From an uncultured Gemmatimonadaceae bacterium (lineage in GTDB: Bacteria; Gemmatimonadota; Gemmatimonadetes; Gemmatimonadales; Gemmatimonadaceae), in NCBI GenBank assembly GCA_963781585.1, contig CAWAGQ010000008.1, positions 352,001 to 416,000 on the forward strand: a DNA stretch of 64,000 bases, given 5' to 3'. Below the pieces are notes generated by a model, which ran no database searches, was not told the DNA's origin, and saw only the letters and a program-made list of their open reading frames with translations. Both the position numbers and the translations under genes were made by a program. This document shows positions 9,092 through 19,106 of this stretch, in pieces. Numbering within the stretch: position 1 is the first letter of the stretch; each line of letters opens with the position of its first letter.

Positions 9092-10363
9092 ATGGCTCAC
9101 ACCCTGCACATGAAGTTGCCACCGTTGCGGTCAAGTTCCTCGCCGGTGGAGGTCCGTGATCCCAGAGTCCACGCCTTTCACCGGGCGCTGGCGTCGTTTC
9201 CCGCGGCGTTGTTCCAGTTCGACCCGCGGATGCGCGACGGGTGGTACACCGACCGGTATTTCGTACGGACGGCGGAAACGATTGCCCTGAACGGGGGTGA
9301 TCCGGTGGTGACGATGCAGGTGTTCGCCAAGCAGTACGGCGTGATCGCCGGTCTCTACGAGGCGATTCGCATGGTGCAGACCCAGCTGGCTCCGCATCCC
9401 GTGAGCGGCCAAGTGCATGCACCCGAGGATTTCACGATTGACGCGCTCATGGATGGCGACGCGGTCGCCCCGTTCGAGACAGCGCTGGTCATCAGCGGAC
9501 CGTACCTGGCCTACGCGCACCTGGAGACTGATTATCTCGGTGTTCTCGCCCGCCGGTCGCTGGTGGCGTCGAATGTGCGACGTGTCATCGATGCGGCGAA
9601 CGGAAAGCCAGTGATCTTCATGGGTGCGAGGCACGATGACTGGCGGGTGCAGACTCCCGACGGGTACGCTGCGCGGGTGGGTGGTGCCGGCAGCGTGTCG
9701 AGTGATGCGGGTGGAGCGTGGTGGGGCGCCTCGGGCGTCGGCACCATGCCGCACGCGATGATCGCGGCTTTTCGTGGCGACACGGTGGCGGCGACCCTGG
9801 CATTCGCTCACTATTGCCGGCAAGTGGAACCGGATGTGCGGGTCGTGAGTCTCGTCGACTATGCGAATGATGTGGTGGGTGATGCCCTGGCTGTAGCGCG
9901 GGCGATGCGCGACACCTTCAAGGCTGGGTCGCTCGCCGCAGTCCGGGTAGACACGAGCGAGAGTCTGGTGGACGTGTCCCTCGCTGAAGAAGCATCGCGG
10001 CGAGGTCCCGAGGGACTACTCGGGGTGAATCCGAAACTCGTCAGGCAGCTGCGTTCGGCGCTCGACGGCGCGGGCTTTCCGGATGTGGGGATCATCGTCT
10101 CGGGCGGGTTCACCCCGGCGAAGATTCGCCGCTTCGAGAAGGAAGGTGTTCCGGTTACCGGATATGGTATCGGGTCCAGCCTTCTCGGCCACAACGACGG
10201 CGTGGTGGACGGATTACTGAACGATTTCGACTTCACTGCGGATGTGGTTGCGGTCGACGGCCAACCGGAGAGCAAGGCGGGGCGGGGACGATCGCCCAAT
10301 CCACGCCTGATCCGATTGGATCCCGGCCTGCTCAACGAGATCGAGCGCCAAGGCGTGGCATGA
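9092..10363 (+). CDS. pncB: Nicotinate phosphoribosyltransferase family protein
   Basis: YTDRYF, HLETDYLG, FMGARHD, GTMPHA, LVDYAND, VRVDTS, IIVSGGF, YGIGSSL; adjacent to a pncA remnant. Confidence 0.8.
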   Translation: MAHTLHMKLPPLRSSSSPVEVRDPRVHAFHRALASFPAALFQFDPRMRDGWYTDRYFVRTAETIALNGGDPVVTMQVFAKQYGVIAGLYEAIRMVQTQLAPHPVSGQVHAPEDFTIDALMDGDAVAPFETALVISGPYLAYAHLETDYLGVLARRSLVASNVRRVIDAANGKPVIFMGARHDDWRVQTPDGYAARVGGAGSVSSDAGGAWWGASGVGTMPHAMIAAFRGDTVAATLAFAHYCRQVEPDVRVVSLVDYANDVVGDALAVARAMRDTFKAGSLAAVRVDTSESLVDVSLAEEASRRGPEGLLGVNPKLVRQLRSALDGAGFPDVGIIVSGGFTPAKIRRFEKEGVPVTGYGIGSSLLGHNDGVVDGLLNDFDFTADVVAVDGQPESKAGRGRSPNPRLIRLDPGLLNEIERQGVA

Positions 10364-10797
10364 AGTCAGAGGCGCGATCAGGGGGACCTGCGCCGGGTTG
10401 GCTGGGTGGTGGATGTGCAGAATAACTTCATGCAGCCGTCGGGACGGCTCTATGTGCACCACCTGTCGGATGCGCGTGATCCCGGTGCGACACTTGTTGT
10501 GGCCGCGATCGAGCGAGCAATGACCTGGATGCGAGCTCATTGCGCGGTGACGGTATTCACCGGCGACTGGCACAGCCACGGGGATCGCGAGATCGATCCG
10601 GGCATCCTGATGGGACCCGTGGCACGAGTATGCGTGAAGTCAGCCGTGGAGGGGCTGCTGGATCGGCGGTTTCGAGTGCGGGTAGTGCCTGACGCCACAT
10701 GGGGCTGGGGCTGCCGGGTTGGGACGAGACATTCGGGCTCCGGGAGCAGCCTGGCGCCGCGCTCACGCCCGTGGCGCAACTGGAGCCTAACGATTGA
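10360..10797 (+). pseudogene. pncA: Degraded nicotinamidase/isochorismatase-family gene
   Basis: Retains VVDVQNNF..PSGRLYV, TGDWH and VA..CV..AV.GLL..F.V.VV.DA; coupled ATG 10360 is out of frame with this core; central segment missing; second apparent frameshift near 10702. Confidence 0.7.
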
Positions 10798-10884
10798 GTC
10801 AGCTCCACCAACGGCCTGGTGCTCGGGCGGACACGGCCCCACCGGCTCCCCGATGTGCGACGCCTGACTCTGATTCCCGGAAGC

Positions 10885-11478
10885 TCAGAAGGTGATCGCG
10901 ATACGCAGGCCGTTGCGTGGTCCGGGAAGGAGCGACACTCGTCGCGGCAGCGGAACACCGACCCACTGTTCCGCGCGAAATCGCGAGCCGATAAATCCAC
11001 CAATGACGGCTCCAGCCAGCGCACCCAGTCCGGCTGTCAATGGCCGGCTGTACTTTCGCGAGGTGTCAGAGGGCGTGAAGGACGCCGCAAAGAGCAGCCC
11101 GCCCGCGGCACCGCCGGCAGCGCCAATGACGGCGCCGCGTCGAATCAACGGGCCGTACGAGCGCCGCTGTCCGATGCTGGTCTCGATACGCTGTACCTGG
11201 TCGAGCGTGACGGACCAAAGGCCTCGACCGGCGCCTTCTTCGACCAGCACCAGGGTATCGGCGCGCATCTCGACGTAGTTGGCAACAAGGGGCGTGACAA
11301 AAACGGTGGCATGCACCCGTACACGCGCCCCGGGAACGAGCGGTGTGCCGCCTGGGGCGACAGGGTCCCCCTGCTGCGCAAGTGCACGGTGGACAGGCAC
11401 CGCGAGGCACACGGCCGCCATCACTAAGGCTTGCAGACGCAAAAGGTTAGTCCTCGGCAGCGATCGACTCGGAGACAC
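10885..11478 (-). CDS. Hypothetical exported protein with glycine-zipper segments
   Basis: Signal-like ALAQQ; GAVIGAAGGAAGG and GALAGAVIGGFIG; terminal Phe; start uncertain. Confidence 0.7.
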   Translation of the reverse strand: MSPSRSLPRTNLLRLQALVMAAVCLAVPVHRALAQQGDPVAPGGTPLVPGARVRVHATVFVTPLVANYVEMRADTLVLVEEGAGRGLWSVTLDQVQRIETSIGQRRSYGPLIRRGAVIGAAGGAAGGLLFAASFTPSDTSRKYSRPLTAGLGALAGAVIGGFIGSRFRAEQWVGVPLPRRVSLLPGPRNGLRIAITF

Positions 11479-11831
11479 ACACGCGGGGCCTACCGCGAAT
11501 AGTAAACCGTGTACATGTCAAATCGTGGTGGCCAGCAATCCGTACTAGGACGGTCCAACTCCCTGGAGCGTAATTGCGGCTGCCTCATCGCGCCCGGGCC
11601 ACGACAGTGGTGCGGACCAATCCGGCCGCCGGGACATCCGTCTCGTATCCCACGGTACTAGCAGCATGCCGCGAACTCGAGAACCGCCACCGACGGCGCC
11701 AACCATGACGGGGCTGGAATGGAGCTGGACCGACGCCCCTGGATATTGAAACGTAAACCTGCCAGCCGGCGAGTGCCGGACAAGTGACCGGTGCGCAGTT
11801 CACGATGGTGTGCCCGAACACAGGTGCCCGC

Positions 11832-11873
11832 GCACACATGCTCGCGCACACATGCTCGCGCACACATGCTCGC
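11832..11873 (+). repeat. Tandem repeat 3 x 14 bp (GCACACATGCTCGC)
   Basis: Exact units at 11832, 11846 and 11860. Confidence 0.9.
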
Positions 11874-12083
11874 GCGAACCGGCCTGGTGAGAATCCGCCG
11901 AAGTGCGGGACGTACGAGCGGATGAAGTCCACTGTCCAGCCTTAAGTGGACGGCTGATTCCACGCTCCTCACCGGATGGCATCGCAGTGTGCAGCGCGAA
12001 CTCGCCTCATGATTGGTGTGCGGGCCGTGATCGCTCTAACTTGGGTTGACCAGAATCGCTCTCAGCCCCCGGATCCAGAAGAC

Positions 12084-13403
12084 ATGGCCTCGCTCCACGC
12101 GCTTACCGACGTTCGGACGATTGTCGAACAACAGCCTGCCAGCCCCGGCGACGTGGCACCGGTTGCCGGGTCCCTGGAAGGGTCGGAGATCCTGAGAATT
12201 GCGGCCGACGTCCGTGCTCGCATCGCGGCAGGCGAGCGGGTCTGCAACCTCACCGTCGGCGACTTCGATCCGCGCCAGTTCCGGATTCCGAAGGTACTCG
12301 AAGACGAGACGATCGAGGCACTTCAGCAGGGACAAACCAACTACCCACCCTCGCCGGGAATGCCGGTGTTGAGAGAGGCCGTAGCCACCTTCTACGAGCG
12401 TGAGCTCGGACTCCGATATCCGGTGGACTCGATTCTGATCACCGCGGGGTCGCGCCCGGGTGTGTACGGCACCTATCGGACGGTGGTTGGAGAGGGTGAC
12501 CGGGTGGTCTACGGAGTCCCATCCTGGAACAACAACTACTACTGCCATATGGCGTGTGCCGCCGAGGTCCCGGTCCCATGCGAGCCAGCGGCCGCATTCC
12601 TGCCGTCACGGGAACGACTCGAGCCAGCTTTGCGTGGGGCCAGAATGCTGGCGCTCAATTCGCCGTTGAACCCCTGTGGCACCGCATACGACGCGGAAAC
12701 GTTAGGCGACATCTGTGACCTGGTTCTGGAGGAAAACGTCCGGCGCGCTCCGGGCGAGAGGCCTCTGTATGTGCTGTACGATCAGGTGTACTGGCAGCTC
12801 ACGTTCGGTACCACGCGGCATGTCGATCCAGTGTCGCTACGCCCCGAGATGGCGCGGTACACGGTGTACGTTGACGGGATCTCCAAAGCGTTTGCCGCCA
12901 CCGGCATGCGGGTGGGCTGGGTGATCGGGCCGAAGCACGTCATCGGCGTGATGAACAACGTGCTGGGACACATCGGCACATGGGCGCCGCGTGCCGAGCA
13001 GATAGCCACAGCGCGATTGCTGGGGTCGCCCGAGGCAATCGCAGAGTTCCGCGCACAGCTCGTAGCTGGCGTGCAGGCCCGCCTGGACCGGCTCTTCCGG
13101 GGCATTCGCGAGCTTTGCCGGGCGGGACACCCGGTTGACGCCATCGAGCCGATGGGTGCGATCTACCTCAGCGCGAAAATCGACCTGATCGGCAGGACTA
13201 CGCGTGAGGGTGTGCCCCTCCGGTCCAGCGACGATATCCAGGGGTGGCTGCTCCGGGAGGCCGGACTGGCCGTGGTTCCATTCAGTGCGTTCGGTGCGCG
13301 TGACAAGAAGGCCTGGTTCCGGCTGTCTGTAGGATCGGTTTCGCCAGCCGAAATCGAGGCCGCGCTTAGGCGACTTCATGCTGGTCTCGAATCCCTTCGC
13401 TAA
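12084..13403 (+). CDS. PLP-dependent class I/II aminotransferase
   Basis: NLTVGD, TNYPPSPG, NSPLNPCG, DQVY, DGISKAFAATGMRVGW. Confidence 0.9.
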   Translation: MASLHALTDVRTIVEQQPASPGDVAPVAGSLEGSEILRIAADVRARIAAGERVCNLTVGDFDPRQFRIPKVLEDETIEALQQGQTNYPPSPGMPVLREAVATFYERELGLRYPVDSILITAGSRPGVYGTYRTVVGEGDRVVYGVPSWNNNYYCHMACAAEVPVPCEPAAAFLPSRERLEPALRGARMLALNSPLNPCGTAYDAETLGDICDLVLEENVRRAPGERPLYVLYDQVYWQLTFGTTRHVDPVSLRPEMARYTVYVDGISKAFAATGMRVGWVIGPKHVIGVMNNVLGHIGTWAPRAEQIATARLLGSPEAIAEFRAQLVAGVQARLDRLFRGIRELCRAGHPVDAIEPMGAIYLSAKIDLIGRTTREGVPLRSSDDIQGWLLREAGLAVVPFSAFGARDKKAWFRLSVGSVSPAEIEAALRRLHAGLESLR

Positions 13404-13473
13404 CGCCCCCCCGAACCTGGTCCGTTCGCAAGCGCGGCGGCTCTCATGGCGAGTTCACAAAGGAGAAATGTCA

Positions 13474-14067
13474 ATGTCCAGACGGTCTTTAGCTGCGGCC
13501 TGCGTGGGGGCGCTCGCGCTGACGGGCGCGCCGATCGCCGCTCAGAGTGCGCGCATTCCGCCGCGCGACGAACAGATCGCGGCCGCGGTTCTGCCGTTGC
13601 CCCCCCAACTTCGGGCGCCGGCGACAGTGCTGGGATACAGTTCCAATGGAAAGTTGATCGTGCTACGGAAGGGCACGGGAGACATGACCTGCCTCGCCCA
13701 CAATCCGAACGAGAAGAGCTTCCACGTCGCGTGCTATCACAATTCACTCGAGCCGTTCATGGCGCGCGGCCGAGCACTGCGAGACCAAGGTGTGAAGGAC
13801 CCCCAAGTTGACACCGTGCGATTTGCCGAGGCGAAGTCGGGGAAGCTGAAGCTCCCTTCAGGGCCGGCGAGCCTGTACCAGCTTTTCGGTGGCACCTTTG
13901 ATCCGAAAACGGGCACTGTGACGGGGGCTCAGGCCTTGTACGTGGTCTACATCCCTTATGCCACCGGTGCCACCACCGGCTTATCGGAGCGGCCTATCGA
14001 GGGCGGACCGTGGCTCATGTATCCAGGCACTCCCAAGGCTCACATCATGTACACGCCGAAGATGTGA
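13474..14067 (+). CDS. Hypothetical secreted protein
   Basis: AAGGAG RBS 8 nt upstream; signal peptide ending IAAQ; two Cys in the mature part. Confidence 0.75.
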   Translation: MSRRSLAAACVGALALTGAPIAAQSARIPPRDEQIAAAVLPLPPQLRAPATVLGYSSNGKLIVLRKGTGDMTCLAHNPNEKSFHVACYHNSLEPFMARGRALRDQGVKDPQVDTVRFAEAKSGKLKLPSGPASLYQLFGGTFDPKTGTVTGAQALYVVYIPYATGATTGLSERPIEGGPWLMYPGTPKAHIMYTPKM

Positions 14068-14240
14068 GTTTGGTTGACATTACTGTTGAAACACTTTACG
14101 TGATAGTGAGTTAGACGATACTCCCGCCGAGTTTGTGCAAACAGCGTCGCTCAGTCCGTGGCTGGGTGACGCTGTCGCTTATTCAGATGATGCTGTCGCG
14201 ATAGCGTCGGATTGCGTTCCTGGGCACACGATTCTAGCGT

Positions 14241-14261
14241 TATATCCGGATATAGCGATAG
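14241..14261. promoter_or_regulatory. Candidate SahR operator directly before the sahR start
   Basis: Perfect palindrome TATATCCGGATATA (14241-14254) nested with ATATC-N10-GATAG (14242-14261). Confidence 0.55.
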
Positions 14262-14262
14262 A

Positions 14263-15201
14263 ATGTCAGCACGACCTCTCGTACACGACCACCTCAGCAC
14301 ACTGGCCGAGCCGACTCGGGGGCGGGTTCTGCTTACGCTCGAGAGCCAGGAACTCACCGTCAGCGAGCTCTGCTCGGTTCTGCGACTTCCACAGTCGACG
14401 GTGAGTCGACACCTCCGCGTGCTCGGCGATGAGGAATGGATCGTCTCACGCCAAGAGGGCACGAGCAGGTACTACGCACTAAGTCCCGGCCTCGACGGCG
14501 GTGCCAGGCGGCTGTGGGAAGTGGTGCGCGACGATCTACGAGACAGCCGGGCGGCGGTGCAGGATCGGCAACGGCTGGAGCGGGTGCGTGACGGACGAAG
14601 TGCAAAGTCTCGTGCGTTCTTCGCCAAATCGGCGTCACGCTGGGATTCCATGCGGGCCGAGCTCTATGGTGATCGAGCCGATCTCATCGCCCTGTTCGGA
14701 TTGCTGAATGACCAGTGGGTGGTAGGCGACCTTGGCTGCGGAACCGGGAGATTGAGCGAAGTGCTGGCTCCCTATGTGTCGCGTGTCGTGGCGGTTGACG
14801 CCTCGCCGGAAATGCTGTCGGGAGCCCGCCTCCGACTCGCGCCATACCAGAATGTGGATTTGCGTGGCGGCGAGTTGGAGGCGCTGCCGATCGATTCAGC
14901 GTCGCTGGACGCGGCGGTACTTTCGCTCGTGCTTCACCATACGGTGGATCCGGTACGCGTGCTCGCCGAGGCTCAGCGTGTGGTGCGTGCCGGGGGCCGG
15001 CTGCTGATTGTGGACATGCTTCCGCACGATCATGAGGAGTATCGGCAGCAGATGGGGCACGTGTGGCTCGGGTTCGCGGAGGGCCAGGTTCAAGAGTGGC
15101 TGCACGATACTGGATTCACGAGCGCGATCATACGACGTCTGACGGCCGATTCAGCCGCAAAGGGCCCCGCGCTATTTGCCGCGTCGGCACGCCGAACGTG
15201 A
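14263..15201 (+). CDS. sahR: ArsR-HTH plus SAM-methyltransferase-fold regulator (SahR-like)
   Basis: ELTVSEL...LPQSTVSRHLRVL HTH; DLGCGTG SAM motif; GHVWLGF; directly upstream of ahcY. Confidence 0.8.
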   Translation: MSARPLVHDHLSTLAEPTRGRVLLTLESQELTVSELCSVLRLPQSTVSRHLRVLGDEEWIVSRQEGTSRYYALSPGLDGGARRLWEVVRDDLRDSRAAVQDRQRLERVRDGRSAKSRAFFAKSASRWDSMRAELYGDRADLIALFGLLNDQWVVGDLGCGTGRLSEVLAPYVSRVVAVDASPEMLSGARLRLAPYQNVDLRGGELEALPIDSASLDAAVLSLVLHHTVDPVRVLAEAQRVVRAGGRLLIVDMLPHDHEEYRQQMGHVWLGFAEGQVQEWLHDTGFTSAIIRRLTADSAAKGPALFAASARRT

Positions 15202-15408
15202 GCCCTGTGGTTCGACAGGGTGCTTCATCCTGCATGATCAATACTGGGGCGGGCGAGACCAGATACGCCGCGCGCCCCGGATGAGGCGCAAATCAGAAGA
15301 CAGTGCAGTACGAGGCACCGCCGGAGAACCTGGAGTGAAAAACGCGAGTGTCGAACCGACCAAGTGGAGACGGGAAAGTCGGTCCATAAGACCTGCCGAG
15401 GAAGAGCA

Positions 15409-16893
15409 ATGACCACGACACTTCAAGCGAATGTGAATGCCGCGGACGCGGTGGATCGGCCTCCCTTCAAGGTCAGGGACCTGGCCCTGGCGGAGTGGGG
15501 GCGGAAGGAGATTCGGCTTGCCGAGCACGAGATGCCGGGTCTGATGGCGATTCGATCGGAGTACCGCGATCGCAGGCCGCTCGCAGGCGCGCGGATCATG
15601 GGTTCCCTGCATATGACGGTTCAGACCGCGGTGTTGATTGAGACGCTGGTCGAGCTGGGTGCGGAGGTTCGCTGGGTTTCGTGCAACATCTTCTCGACGC
15701 AGGATCACGCGGCGGCGGCAGCTGCTGTTGGACCGGAGGGCACACCGGACAGTCCGCGCGGTGTTGCGGTATTTGCGTGGAAGGGGGAGACGCTCGAGGA
15801 ATACTGGTGGTGCACGGAACAGGCGTTGATGTGGCCGGACGGGGGTGGTCCGAACCTGCTACTGGACGATGGGGGTGACGCCACACTGCTGGTTCACAAG
15901 GGGGCGGAGTTCGAGCGAGCAGGCCGGGTGCCGAGCTTCAATGCCGCGGTGGAACCTGAAGAGTGGGGCGTGATTCTGGATCTGCTGAGCAAGGAACAGC
16001 GATTGCGTCCCGGCCGCTGGACAGAGGTCGTGGCGGGGATTCGCGGAGTCTCGGAAGAGACGACAACTGGCGTTCACCGGCTGTACGAAATGATGCGTGC
16101 GGGAACGCTGCTTTTTCCCGCGATCAACGTGAATGACTCCGTGACGAAGTCCAAGTTCGACAACATCTACGGCTGCCGGCACTCGGTGGTAGATGGACTG
16201 AACCGAGCGACCGATGTGATGATGAGCGGCAAGGTGGTGGTGGTTTGTGGGTATGGCGAAGTGGGGAAGGGATGCGCGCAGGCGCTGCGCGGGCAGGGCG
16301 CCCGGGTGGTGGTGACGGAGATCGACCCGATCTGCGCGTTACAGGCCGCGATGGAAGGATTCGAAGTAACGACCGTGGATGACGTTGTGGATCGCGCCGA
16401 CATCTTCATTACCGCGACGGGCAACAAGAACGTACTCACCGTCGGACACATGCACCGAATGAAGGACAAGGCGATCGTCGGGAACATCGGTCACTTCGAC
16501 AACGAGATCGACATGGCCGGGCTCAAGCGGGTCCCGGGTATTCGGCGGATCAACATCAAGCCGCAGTACGACGAGTGGGAGTTCCCGGATGGCCACGCGG
16601 TGCTGATTCTTGCCGAGGGGCGGCTGCTCAATCTCGGATGCGCGACGGGGCATCCGAGCTTCGTGATGTCGGCGTCATTTTCGAACCAGGTATTGGCGCA
16701 GATGGAGCTGCATCAGCATGCAGACCGGTACAAGCGTGAGGTCTACACGCTCCCGAAGCATCTGGACGAACAGGTGGCACGCCTGCACCTGCCGAAAATC
16801 GGTGCCAAGCTCACGCGTCTGACCGAAGAGCAAGCAGCGTATCTGGGGATTGCCCAGGACGGACCCTTCAAGGCGGATCACTACCGCTACTAG
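15409..16893 (+). CDS. ahcY: Adenosylhomocysteinase
   Basis: [55 protein letters not shown] end. Confidence 0.98.
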   Translation: MTTTLQANVNAADAVDRPPFKVRDLALAEWGRKEIRLAEHEMPGLMAIRSEYRDRRPLAGARIMGSLHMTVQTAVLIETLVELGAEVRWVSCNIFSTQDHAAAAAAVGPEGTPDSPRGVAVFAWKGETLEEYWWCTEQALMWPDGGGPNLLLDDGGDATLLVHKGAEFERAGRVPSFNAAVEPEEWGVILDLLSKEQRLRPGRWTEVVAGIRGVSEETTTGVHRLYEMMRAGTLLFPAINVNDSVTKSKFDNIYGCRHSVVDGLNRATDVMMSGKVVVVCGYGEVGKGCAQALRGQGARVVVTEIDPICALQAAMEGFEVTTVDDVVDRADIFITATGNKNVLTVGHMHRMKDKAIVGNIGHFDNEIDMAGLKRVPGIRRINIKPQYDEWEFPDGHAVLILAEGRLLNLGCATGHPSFVMSASFSNQVLAQMELHQHADRYKREVYTLPKHLDEQVARLHLPKIGAKLTRLTEEQAAYLGIAQDGPFKADHYRY

Positions 16894-16895
16894 AC

Positions 16896-17435
16896 CTAGC
16901 GGGGCGTGAGAACGGGGAGGCGGCTTGTAATGGCGGCGAGCGCGTTTGCAAGGCGGGCGGATCCGAGTCCCTGCACTGCGGCTACGGGGGCAGCCAGTCG
17001 CTCCAGCGTTTTCACGAATCCGGCATGGAGTTCCGCGCGCGAGAAGGGGCGATCGCGCACGTCGTCGGCCTCCCAATCGATGTCGGTGTCCAGGAGGAGA
17101 TAGAGATCACCGAGACGCGCGCGTGCAGTGGACATGAGCCATGGCGGAGCCTCAGCGAAGTAGTGCTCGGCGTAGACGATTGTACTCACGAGATCAGTAT
17201 CGTGTACGGCCAGGCCGGACGCAGCTGCGATCACGGTGTCCTCCAGTGCGATCTGGCCGCGCGCGATCGGTTCGATGTCGGCGGCAGTGAGCGTCCTCCC
17301 GACTGACGCCGCGAACTGGCGTGAGTACTCTGGCGACCAGGGTGCGCGGAAGTGATCAGCGAGGAGCCTCGCCAAGGTCGTCTTCCCGGTGCACTCGGAC
17401 CCGGTGACCACGATACGGAGGGGCCGGGCGTTCAT
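16896..17435 (-). CDS. NadR-type P-loop kinase (ribosylnicotinamide kinase-like, AAA_28)
   Basis: IVVTGSECTGKTT, EYSR, DTD, YLLLD.DI.WEAD.VRD; follows pnuC. Confidence 0.85.
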   Translation of the reverse strand: MNARPLRIVVTGSECTGKTTLARLLADHFRAPWSPEYSRQFAASVGRTLTAADIEPIARGQIALEDTVIAAASGLAVHDTDLVSTIVYAEHYFAEAPPWLMSTARARLGDLYLLLDTDIDWEADDVRDRPFSRAELHAGFVKTLERLAAPVAAVQGLGSARLANALAAITSRLPVLTPR

Positions 17436-17478
17436 TGGGCGCGCGGGTTGTTCACCGTTTGCCCCGTGCGCGGCGAGA

Positions 17479-18084
17479 TCAGGCAAGAGCGGGAGCGCTC
17501 TCTTCCTGCGGCTCCACGGTTCGCGCCGTGCGGTACGATCGCAGCCACTGCAGGTGACCCATCGCAGCAAGGGCGAGGAAGGCCGTGTACTGGATGGACG
17601 TGAGGTAGAGGTGCTTCAGCAAGATGAACATCCCGACGTACACGACGTCGAGGAGAATCCAGAGCCCCCAGTTTTCGAGAATCTTCCGCGTCATCATCCA
17701 CTGGGCCACGAGGGAGAAGACAGAAAGGAACGCGTCGAGATACGGAAGCGCCGCGTCGGTGGACCTGCGCAGAAACGTGCCGAGGGCGGCCGACGCGAGG
17801 AATCCAATTGCGGTGAGGACGGCCGCCTGGCGCAGCGCCAGGCGTGAGACATGGAGCTCGCTGCGGTTCTCCCCGCCGTACAGCCACTGGTACCAGCCAT
17901 AGAAGGAAAGGACGAGATACACGACCTGGAGTCCCATGTCGGCATACAGCTTCTCGCGGTGGAAGATCAGCGTGTACAGGCCAACGTTGACTATCGCGGT
18001 GGGCCAGCTCCAGATATTCTCGCGCGTGCCGAGAAAGACGCTGACCAGGCCGAATGCAACGGCGCATATCTCGAGCGGGGACAT
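17479..18084 (-). CDS. pnuC: Nicotinamide riboside transporter PnuC
   Basis: RENIWSWP, LYAD..LQ, YGWYQW, SLVAQWMMTRKILENW. Confidence 0.92.
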   Translation of the reverse strand: MSPLEICAVAFGLVSVFLGTRENIWSWPTAIVNVGLYTLIFHREKLYADMGLQVVYLVLSFYGWYQWLYGGENRSELHVSRLALRQAAVLTAIGFLASAALGTFLRRSTDAALPYLDAFLSVFSLVAQWMMTRKILENWGLWILLDVVYVGMFILLKHLYLTSIQYTAFLALAAMGHLQWLRSYRTARTVEPQEESAPALA

Positions 18085-18156
18085 TGTTGCTGGCAGGATT
18101 GTCAGGCGGGCGCGATGCGAAAGTCGTGGAAAGGCGGGGAGGGTGCTGATGTGGGG

Positions 18157-18645
18157 TCAGCGGGGTCCGGTCAGCAGCTGCCGCAGAATGGTTCCGGCGT
18201 GCTGCGCTGAATCCGCGAAGTGAACAGCGGCAGTTGCGTCGAGCCGCCGGAAGAACGAGCGGGTGCCGGCATCGGCAGCCACGAAGACGATCGGACGCCG
18301 AGCTCGCAGGGCGTGGGCGGCCTCGACGGCAGTGCCGGGACTCATTCCGCAGACCGCGAGGGCGTCGCTGGAAAGGACAATAACGTTGTTGCGAGCCTGA
18401 CCCATCGCGGTGACGATGGCCACCGACAGAAAGGGGCTGGCGGCGGCATCGTTTGCATCGGGGAGAATGCCGATCACGGTGCCGCCAGCGGAGCGGGCTC
18501 CCCGACTGGCGGCGTCCATCACGCCGCTGGCTACACCACCGTTCACGACAATCCATCCTTCGCCAGCGGCCAGGGCGCCTAACGTGGCCGCATTTCGCAG
18601 GTCGTCGGGACTGGCGCTCTGGCCCGGCCCAACGATGGCCAGCAC
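18157..18645 (-). CDS. LOG/SLOG family protein (TIGR00725-like); start uncertain
   Basis: VVNGG..GVMDAASRGA...GG.VIGILP, TAMGQARN, PGTAVE. Confidence 0.8.
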   Translation of the reverse strand: MLAIVGPGQSASPDDLRNAATLGALAAGEGWIVVNGGVASGVMDAASRGARSAGGTVIGILPDANDAAASPFLSVAIVTAMGQARNNVIVLSSDALAVCGMSPGTAVEAAHALRARRPIVFVAADAGTRSFFRRLDATAAVHFADSAQHAGTILRQLLTGPR

Positions 18646-18688
18646 CGGCGCCCGACCGCGGTCACCCGCGGAACCCGAGGTGGACGCC

Positions 18689-18808
18689 TCAGGACTTGGG
18701 CGGGGGAGTCGGGGGCGCGGGCGCCTTGCGCTTCTTGTGGCGTCTGGTCTTTCCATAGCTGCCACGGTTGATCTTTCCACGGCGTGAGCGTTGGTCTCCC
18801 TTTCCCAT
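18689..18808 (-). CDS. 30S ribosomal protein bTHX (39 aa)
   Basis: MGKGDQRSRRGKINRGSYGKTR matches the THX signature; GGAGA RBS upstream. Confidence 0.88.
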   Translation of the reverse strand: MGKGDQRSRRGKINRGSYGKTRRHKKRKAPAPPTPPPKS

Positions 18809-19106
18809 CGACGAGTCTCCAAGCGGGGGGGGGGTGGGCGAAATTGGCAGCCGCCTATCGAGTGACTGAGGAACGAGTTGACAAGGTATGGAGTTGAGCG
18901 GAAGGCTGGCAGTGGCGATGTCCCGCGCGCGTCTGTTCCATGTTGCGAAACGCGCGGGAGAAATGTCCTCATTAAAGCGGGCCGCCCGGCTCTCATCGTA
19001 AGCGTATGTCATCCAACAAGAAAGACCATGCGGGCCCAGTCGCGGGGTACTACGCCAGCGGCTGGGACCGTTTTCATGCGGGTGGAATCCCGCCCACGGA
19101 TCGAAC

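Noticed and set aside
14074..14110. TTGACA sigma-70 promoter upstream of sahR
   Set aside because: No good -10 at 16-18 nt spacing
15202..15408. SAH or cobalamin riboswitch before ahcY (GCCGAGGA and AAGACCTGCC fragments)
   Set aside because: Only short fragments match and the other conserved elements and stems are missing; an Rfam scan would settle it
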